Source: Escherichia phage JacquesWildberger_Bas92 | Sequence record: PQ850610.1 | Direction: 5' to 3' (one strand) | Length of the DNA: 64,000 nt | Shown: positions 57,902 to 64,000 of the stretch, in pieces | Layout: every line of letters begins with the position of its first letter | Position numbering within the stretch: the first letter of the stretch is position 1 | Program-made: the position numbers and the translations under genes | Notes under the pieces: model-generated | The model's input: only the letters and a program-made list of their open reading frames with translations | Told to the model about the DNA's origin: nothing | The model's database searches: none

Positions 57902-57929
57902 AGAGCGTCATAGTACTAAAAGAGGGGGG
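57902..57929. repeat. copy 2 of repeated element ...GCGTCATAGTACTAAAAG...
   Basis: Matches 52359-52383. Confidence 0.8.
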
Positions 57930-57940
57930 CTGCATTCCTA

Positions 57941-58384
57941 CTACTTAACCCTTGCTTCTTTGATGGGGTCAATGTATTTTTCAACTCCCCACTTGCGTTT
58001 ACTGTCAGCGTAGAAAACATCAGGTGCACACTGGCTTGTCTTAGGAAATGCTTGCGGGTCTTTCGTGCTACCTTTAAACTTCTGTTTACCACGGGTGCGA
58101 CCATTACAGAAGATCTCTAACTTCTTCTCTTCTTCTGTTTTAGCGCCACCGCTCCGTAATAAAGAGCGTTTATGATCGGCTAACAATAACGCATCAGCAC
58201 GATGGACACGATGACCTAAACGTTTTGCCACACTGGAAGGAATATGAGATTCAGCTTCAGCCTTTGCAGCACGACGCTTTAAACTACGCTTGCTAACGTG
58301 ATTGGTTGCCTTTGGTTTCTCTTTCTCCAATTCAGAAATAGAAAAACAACGCCCGCCCTTCATGCTGATTTTAGATTTAGCCAC
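57941..58384 (-). CDS. basic hypothetical protein
   Basis: 147 aa, Lys/Arg-rich. Confidence 0.4.
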   Translation of the reverse strand: MAKSKISMKGGRCFSISELEKEKPKATNHVSKRSLKRRAAKAEAESHIPSSVAKRLGHRVHRADALLLADHKRSLLRSGGAKTEEEKKLEIFCNGRTRGKQKFKGSTKDPQAFPKTSQCAPDVFYADSKRKWGVEKYIDPIKEARVK

Positions 58385-58453
58385 TATCTTATTCCTTTCA
58401 GTGATAAGTTATATCGGGCAAGCCCATCAAGGCGATAGGCTTGAACAAATAAC

Positions 58454-58663
58454 TCAACCAAGTAAACCAAATGATTTCCAACTACGCAGTAAGATCGTAC
58501 CATCATCCATAGTTACGCATAATTTTAGTAGTCGCTTACTGGTACTGCTCACCGTTGTGATTCGTCCGGTTGTGCATTTACCTTTATTGCTATAAAGATA
58601 TATAACACGATGGCCTAACAAACGAGATGGCGCTTTCTTAAATTCTGAGATGTTAGTGATCAT
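58454..58663 (-). CDS. hypothetical protein
   Basis: 69 aa ORF. Confidence 0.35.
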   Translation of the reverse strand: MITNISEFKKAPSRLLGHRVIYLYSNKGKCTTGRITTVSSTSKRLLKLCVTMDDGTILLRSWKSFGLLG

Positions 58664-58881
58664 TATCCATATACCTTAACATGATTGATTCGACGTGAAT
58701 GATGATAAGAAGACTCAACAGCCATTGCCTTTAATTCTTCTTTTCGTTGGTTAGTGTGTACAATATCCCAATGATTATGATCGTGTTGGCGCTGTAATAT
58801 CTTACTACATTTGCGATGGTTTCCCGTGCTGCGACGTTTCTCACAAATAGGACACTTGCCAAAATTATTACTGAATATCAT
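58663..58881 (-). CDS. Cys/His-rich small protein
   Basis: 72 aa; CPICEK...H..C...HDHNH. Confidence 0.35.
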   Translation of the reverse strand: MIFSNNFGKCPICEKRRSTGNHRKCSKILQRQHDHNHWDIVHTNQRKEELKAMAVESSYHHSRRINHVKVYG

Positions 58882-59105
58882 TTTCTCAATCCTAACTTTC
58901 TTAAGACACGGCCTAACGTTGTTTCTTGGGTGATAATATACCTGACCGCTTCACGTTCCAACGTTTCAATCTTCATTGGCGACGGATACCATTCACCGGT
59001 AAGCATACACCTATACTCAACGCCATACTTTTTAGATAGGCGGTAATGTTGACCGTTGATAAGGTTCCTATAAATCGTGGTATGCGTCGTTAACATAATC
59101 GTCAC
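58878..59105 (-). CDS. hypothetical protein
   Basis: 75 aa ORF. Confidence 0.35.
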   Translation of the reverse strand: MTIMLTTHTTIYRNLINGQHYRLSKKYGVEYRCMLTGEWYPSPMKIETLEREAVRYIITQETTLGRVLRKLGLRK

Positions 59106-59208
59106 CTTTGATTAGATTCTTTGATTAGTACACTGAATCAATGCACTGATAAAAGAAAAGGCGCTACCCGTTAAAGATAGCGCCTCATGTTTATTTAGAT
59201 TGTCTTAC

Positions 59209-60117
59209 TTATGCCGCCTGACGTGCCGCCATAATTTCAGCCGCTTTACGCAATACTTCTTCCTCTTCTGCTTTCGCCGCTTGTTCGGTACGGGTAGCAA
59301 CCGTTGAAGAGATACGACCGCGCAGACTTTCTAACTTCTCTTGCATAGCTGCGATGGTCTTTTCCATTTCATCAGCGTATGAATCCAGTGATTCCAATTC
59401 CTTGCTTGATGCGTTCATCAGATAATCATCCGAGATCGCTACCGTTGAGGCCGTCACTTTCTTGATGAGTGAGTCGAATGACTTCTTAACCTTGCCGACT
59501 TCTTCACTTAAGGCAATAGTGTTATCACTGGTAGCGCCGTTGCGCTCATCGGCCAACAATTTTGCTTCAATACGGATTGCATTCAAGCGTTCAACTAAAG
59601 CGTAAATATCCTGATTAAAATCTTCCTTGTTTTTCGCCGGGATTTGCAGATGGGCCGCCACGTTGTCATTGCAACCTTTATAAAAGTTAGGATTATCCAC
59701 TTCAATTGCACGACCTAAAGCAAAATTCTCGAAAGCATTCGACCAGCGAGCGCGGTTTTGTTCCATTTTGGCCTTAATTTGCGCTTCTTTCGCATCTTCT
59801 TTCGCTTTCGCCTCGCCTTCCAGATTAATCCATTTTTTACGACCGTTCGCCGCCTCGGTGTTAAACTTGATTGGAGTTAAGAAAGTAATTGCAGTGGCAA
59901 TAACATCCATATCGCGGAAACGTTCAGTTAACAGAAAATCGACCGCCGCTTGCAATACATCTAACTTTTTACCGTTGCTGCGAAAGTGCTGCAAATGCCC
60001 TAAAAGGAAGTTAGAAACATCTTGTTTAATCGCCGCGTTATTTTTGCGGATGTTGTTTGCCAGCGCGTTAAAACCGGATTCTTTTACCAGATTAAAAACT
60101 TTAGCCATGATATTCAC
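59209..60117 (-). CDS. hypothetical early protein (helical, 302 aa)
   Basis: First long ORF downstream of the leftward promoter array. Confidence 0.45.
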   Translation of the reverse strand: MNIMAKVFNLVKESGFNALANNIRKNNAAIKQDVSNFLLGHLQHFRSNGKKLDVLQAAVDFLLTERFRDMDVIATAITFLTPIKFNTEAANGRKKWINLEGEAKAKEDAKEAQIKAKMEQNRARWSNAFENFALGRAIEVDNPNFYKGCNDNVAAHLQIPAKNKEDFNQDIYALVERLNAIRIEAKLLADERNGATSDNTIALSEEVGKVKKSFDSLIKKVTASTVAISDDYLMNASSKELESLDSYADEMEKTIAAMQEKLESLRGRISSTVATRTEQAAKAEEEEVLRKAAEIMAARQAA

Positions 60118-61035
60118 CTTTCAATTATAAGGGCACTATTGCCCCGCTCGCTATGAGCTTTTAAGCCATTATTGACTTAGCTATAGTCACTCACTAATAA
60201 ATAACTATAGGTAAGCGGAGCGGTCTTATCAGGAGTTAACCTTGCCGCTCCCTTATCCGTGGTCTTTCATCTGGTGGATTCAATTAATCGCTATAAAGAA
60301 AGCCGATTTGCCAGCGATGATCAATCACCACAATAAGGCTAGTGTGTCCGACCCTAATTAGTTACAATAATGCAACCGTCGGCAATATCGTTTACTTTGC
60401 TTTCGCTCCCGCCTATCCTTTTATATCAGCTCTTTATCGCTAGTCATCGCCCACTACGGGATACTATTGCGAAAAAGTCACTAACCGCCTATTATTCCGG
60501 CGTTTTATATCTTTCAACGGGTTTACTACATTACCCGACTATGTACTTTCATCATCAGACGAATCTCAAGCCGTTCGCATCGTAAACGTTCACACTGACA
60601 CCTTATTGTTAAATAGCAATTCGCTACTCTTTAACCGTTCGCCGCCGCTCTCAATTGAGCGTTAATTCGTCGGGATTGCCTACCCTGATCAACTTCTTTC
60701 ACCGTAGCGCCTTTTTAGCTAGGCCGCCGCTACCCATTAACCGTGGGCGATTAGTTTTAGCCTTGCGTGCACTCGATGAATCCGCTTATCAGTGGTGACG
60801 TTTCCAGTTAAGGGATTGTAAAGCTGTTTACCCTGATAATTTAGGGAGCTTTACGCCGTTTTATCTGGTATGTTTTCCGATGGTCATTATCATCCAACAT
60901 ATGCAACCGATATAGGGGAACGTTTAAATTATTAAAGAGCGGTAAATCTGTCAGTGTGCTTTCTCACACTACGCAACTGTTAGCCGTTGTGTCGCTTTTT
61001 CACTGAAGCGGTGATTTGCTTAGTGACTTGTGCTC

Positions 61036-61064
61036 ATTATGAACCATGTTGTTTTAGTTGTCAA
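61036..61064 (-). promoter_or_regulatory. sigma70-type promoter, leftward (TTGACA-17-CATAAT)
   Basis: Minus strand reads TTGACAactaaaacaacatggttCATAAT. Confidence 0.5.
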
Positions 61065-61195
61065 TCACTTTTTTAATCTTTTTTCGTCGCTCCCCTTATT
61101 GGGAGGATATATCAATCAGCTATATTTGATTGAAGATTAAGCGATGAATGCTTAAACTTATGATTCATATTTTTAAAGAGCGGTGGAGCATTTAC

Positions 61196-61224
61196 AGCTT
61201 AACACGTCGTGTTAGCTTGTCAAT
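61196..61224 (-). promoter_or_regulatory. weaker sigma70-type promoter, leftward (TTGACA-17-TAAGCT)
   Basis: Perfect -35 but poor -10; A-rich tract upstream on minus strand. Confidence 0.3.
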
Positions 61225-61345
61225 CTCTTTTTTTATCGTCTTCTTTGATTCTCTTCCCTTATCTCGCTTGATTCTATGCGAAAGGGCAAGACGATAATTT
61301 TTTAAAGAGCGAGATGTTTTAAGTCATCGCTGACCTTGTACACTC

Positions 61346-61373
61346 ATTATAGGTTAGGCTTTTCAGTTGTCAA
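61346..61373 (-). promoter_or_regulatory. consensus sigma70 promoter, leftward (TTGACA-16-TATAAT)
   Basis: Minus strand reads TTGACAactgaaaagcctaaccTATAAT. Confidence 0.6.
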
Positions 61374-61789
61374 ATACTTTTTCAAGTATTTTTTCACTTT
61401 CTAGCCTGATTTTTAAAGAGCGGGGCAATTTCTTGCCTTGTATGTTTTACATCGTACCCGATGGAAATGAGTATACGCGAGCCTTTAGAAAGTGCAATAG
61501 GGGAAAGCAAATTATTTTAAACTTTTTCACTGTAGGGAAGATAGAAGAGCGGGCTGACGTGGTACACCATAGAAAACGGCTTGTAAAGCGATAAGAAACG
61601 GCCTTGAACGCGCTACAGTGAGCTAAAAGGGAGTAAGGAATACAACCCCCTTAGAAAAGAGAAAAGCCTCATGGTGAGGCTTATGGGAATGATTTAAAGC
61701 ATCAGATAGATTATGACCGCAGAACAGACCACGGGAAACGTGCCAGATAATGCGGTAGTAATATTCCACTTAAATAATCATCAACTCAT

Positions 61790-61863
61790 AAAAGAAAAGA
61801 ATAAAAGAAACGCTGAAAAAGAAAAGAATAAAAGAAACGCTGAAAAAGAAAAGAATAAAAGAA
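61790..61863. repeat. 27 bp tandem direct repeat, 2.7 copies
   Basis: aaaagaaaagaataaaagaaacgctga at 61790-61816 and 61817-61843, partial third copy. Confidence 0.9.
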
Positions 61864-62053
61864 ATAATCATCCACTTTATTAATATATACATCATTATTG
61901 CACTCATAATTATCACCATTGAAACTATTATCAACGTAACTATGGGGATGGCGATAGTTGCTATCCGGTATTAATAGCCTCGATATAATCAAGCCTTTAC
62001 TAGTTCGTTATCAGTGCTAGCCTTTCCCATACTCTTTAAGGGGGCACTAAATA

Positions 62054-62062
62054 AACGGGTAT
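62054..62062 (+). promoter_or_regulatory. AAATGTATA (1 mismatch to TAATGTATA), about 200 nt upstream of the first rightward gene
   Basis: Read from sequence; weak. Confidence 0.25.
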
Positions 62063-62261
62063 TAAATGTATAGGATGGTATACACGGGGCAATAACTGCA
62101 CGGGATAGGGCACGGGAAAAGTGGAACGTTGAAAAAGAAGGTAAAGGCATTGCCAATATCCCTTTTTTAAATGAGGACTCCCCCTTTTTAACAATTCGCC
62201 GCGGAGTGCCTAGCCCCACTCGGTCAAATCAGAATTTTAAACTCTTATATATAAGGATGAG

Positions 62262-62409
62262 TATGAATCTGGACACTAAAGAGTTCATTGAGATTGCAAT
62301 AGAAAACAACTTAAAGAAAGTATCAAATCCCTCTCTTCCAGATGGTGAACGGGTAGAAGCAGTCTCTTTAGTATTAATGCTAACTAAGGCTTTACGGGAG
62401 ATGGAATGA
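62262..62409 (+). CDS. small hypothetical protein (49 aa)
   Basis: Second ATG of the track ORF, preceded by AAGGA with 5-nt spacer. Confidence 0.35.
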
Positions 62410-62567
62410 ATCTAATTAAAGTATTTAGACGAATGAAATGTAAGCACAATTACTATCTTCTTCGTAAAGCTTACGGGGATGAAAGAATACACGGGCTATA
62501 CTTATCAACATGGAAATGTAAGGAATGTGGTAAGCTTAAACACAGCACATGGATGGATAGGCCTTAA
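62406..62567 (+). CDS. small Cys-containing protein (53 aa)
   Basis: My own translation (MNLIKVFRRMKCKHNYY...WKCKECGKLKH); start overlaps previous stop. Confidence 0.3.
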   Translation: MNLIKVFRRMKCKHNYYLLRKAYGDERIHGLYLSTWKCKECGKLKHSTWMDRP

Positions 62568-62706
62568 CGTGACTAGGCCTTAACATGATGTCCCCTTTAT
62601 GACATGCCCTTTACTTCAGCGTACACGGGTTATTGGTATGAGGGTAGTCATCAGAGATGACATGGCCTTTACGGGTAGGTCTTATGATGTGCCCTTTATA
62701 CTTCAG
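62559..62706. repeat. cluster of short direct repeats (TGATGTSCCCTTTA..., AGGCCTTAAC x2, GACATGSCCTTTAC x2)
   Basis: Read from sequence upstream of the 62748 gene. Confidence 0.7.
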
Positions 62707-62747
62707 AGACAGCTACTACGTAGCGTCGTATTCAGAGGAGAAGAATT

Positions 62748-62969
62748 ATGAATTTAGTATTAGACTTTTTATCAGAGGTTGTGCCTCGCTTTCGTACGGA
62801 GACTTGTGCCTTCGTTAAAATATCCCCTGAAGAATTAGAATGCATTGGTCGTCTGGTTGACTTGGATGACGATGAAGAATTTGATGCAACGATGGAAGTT
62901 AGTAGCCTAGGATGGTTATTCTTCCGAGCGTTCACCACTATCAAACCACACACTTATAAGGAATACTAA
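62748..62969 (+). CDS. acidic small protein
   Basis: 73 aa; RBS agaggag; D/E-rich core. Confidence 0.45.
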   Translation: MNLVLDFLSEVVPRFRTETCAFVKISPEELECIGRLVDLDDDEEFDATMEVSSLGWLFFRAFTTIKPHTYKEY

Positions 62970-63002
62970 TTTATGTTAGATTGTAAATATCAAGGAGATG
63001 AT

Positions 63003-63404
63003 ATGTTAGATTTAATCCACACTACTCGCCCTAATTCTAAAACTAAAACACAACCATCTACTCTGGAAGTAATTGAATACGAATCTACTAAACATGATCA
63101 CCTCCCTGACTATGCTCGTGCAATGATTGAGATGATTGAAGAAGCTGAATATGAAATGCTCCATGATTACATCACCTCCAAAGATGAATGGCATCGTGAT
63201 GTTCGAATCGAAGAAGATGGTACAGAAATAATTACGTGGGTTCACAAGAGCGAGTTAGTAGACGACGCACTGCGAGACTACGAAAAATTTTTGGTCGACG
63301 GCTCTATTCTTTTAGAGGAAGAGAAGGGTGTAGAACTTCCGTGGGAGGGTGAGACAGTTGCTTTAGGTAAGATGTTTAACCTGTCCGTTGGTGATTGTAA
63401 GTAA
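63003..63404 (+). CDS. acidic protein (133 aa)
   Basis: Start moved to ATG 63003 preceded by caaggag; about 25 percent D+E. Confidence 0.45.
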   Translation: MLDLIHTTRPNSKTKTQPSTLEVIEYESTKHDHLPDYARAMIEMIEEAEYEMLHDYITSKDEWHRDVRIEEDGTEIITWVHKSELVDDALRDYEKFLVDGSILLEEEKGVELPWEGETVALGKMFNLSVGDCK

Positions 63405-63409
63405 TGTTT

Positions 63410-63432
63410 GCCTCTTTTGGGAGGCTTTTTGT
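63410..63432 (+). terminator. rho-independent terminator
   Basis: Hairpin gcctc-ttttgg-gaggc followed by TTTTT. Confidence 0.5.
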
Positions 63433-63460
63433 GTTGTTGATAATGTAGAAGGAGTATAAA

Positions 63461-63931
63461 ATGTTTGGAGAAAACGGAGAACTCACACCTGCACAGGTAG
63501 CTGAGATTACAGGAAGATTACCCGGAGTAACGGAAGAACTTGAATCCAAGGGTATGAACCCAAGCAATGGGAAGTTTCAAAAGGGAAATAAATTCGGACG
63601 ACCCAAAGGTAGTAGAGGTAAACTGACACAATTAATGTTGGACCGTGTTGCTGCAAGTCATTTGTCTCCTGATGAAGTGTTAATTCAAATTTACGAAGAT
63701 CCTAATATTCCACCTGATCTTAGATTCAAGGCTGCATCAAAAGTTGCAGATCTGGTATATCCTAAGGCGGCCTCTGTTGAAGTTAAGATTGAGGAAGAGA
63801 ATGTAGTCAACGAAGAATCACTGAATGCACAAATCAAGGACTTCTTGACTGGAGCACTTGGTATCGACGTTATGCCTCCAGAAGACAACTCCGAGGACGC
63901 TGAAAAGGGGGAGGAAGCGGACGAGAGTTAA
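63461..63931 (+). CDS. possible terminase small subunit (GRPKG-motif DNA-binding protein)
   Basis: 156 aa; N-terminal NGKFQKGNKFGRPKGSRGK motif and acidic C-terminus; RBS aaggag; position at start of rightward block. Confidence 0.35.
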   Translation: MFGENGELTPAQVAEITGRLPGVTEELESKGMNPSNGKFQKGNKFGRPKGSRGKLTQLMLDRVAASHLSPDEVLIQIYEDPNIPPDLRFKAASKVADLVYPKAASVEVKIEEENVVNEESLNAQIKDFLTGALGIDVMPPEDNSEDAEKGEEADES

Positions 63932-64000
63932 GTAAAGGAAAGAAGGGGAGGTTCTTTGACGAAGGGACTTTCCCTTTTCTATTTTTAAACTGGAGGAAGT

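Larger units (their letters stand above)
60920..61440. repeat. tandem array of about 120 bp units, each with TTTTTAAAGAGCGG and (A)GTTGTCAA
   Basis: TTTTTAAAGAGCG(G/A) at 60931, 61170, 61298, 61410; (t)tgtcaa at 61058, 61218, 61367. Confidence 0.75.

Noticed and set aside
61790-61863. Possible CRISPR array
   Set aside because: Repeats are directly contiguous with no spacers, only 2.7 copies, A-rich and non-palindromic; no cas genes.
60370-62219. Track ORFs in the divergent non-coding region (60370-60585, 61367-61594, 61786-61992, 61989-62219)
   Set aside because: They span promoter boxes and tandem repeats, lack RBSs, and their translations mirror the repeats (e.g. FFYSFLFQR repeated); most likely non-coding.

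Overview
The window reads as one nearly contiguous stretch of a tailed dsDNA phage genome (podovirus-like layout). Positions 1-24412 are a rightward (+) virion module: scaffold-like protein, major capsid with an Ig-like extension reachable by a -1 frameshift, tail and fibre proteins, a GH24 lysozyme, a lytic transglycosylase and large internal or ejection-type proteins. Positions 24459-60117 are a leftward (-) block for replication and nucleotide metabolism: T7 gp4-like primase-helicase, a family-A DNA polymerase split into separate exonuclease and polymerase genes, 5'-3' exonuclease, SSB-like protein, dCTP deaminase, thioredoxin, a divergent ThyX, PhoH-like ATPase, HNH endonucleases, a phage sigma-70-family factor and one tRNA-Arg(UCU). 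A 2 kb non-coding region (60.1-62.2 kb) holds tandem ~120 bp repeats carrying near-consensus sigma70 promoters that fire leftward. Rightward genes resume at 62.26 kb, ending with a possible small terminase subunit. The motif TAATGTATA recurs at intergenic positions in front of genes on both strands and, with the sigma factor and the ligase cluster, is consistent with a phiEco32-like phage; I cannot verify that without a database search. The strongest candidate for an uncharacterised system is a nine-gene leftward cluster (41.9-51.3 kb) combining a class-II glutamine amidotransferase that appears to start at ATT, an ATP-grasp ligase, two amidoligase-type enzymes, a gamma-glutamyl cyclotransferase-like protein and four unknowns. 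Other notable genes are a stand-alone homologue of NAD-ligase domain Ia, a Dps-like ferritin and a CCA-adding-enzyme-like nucleotidyltransferase. All calls rest on the six-frame track and motif recognition by eye; no searches were run.
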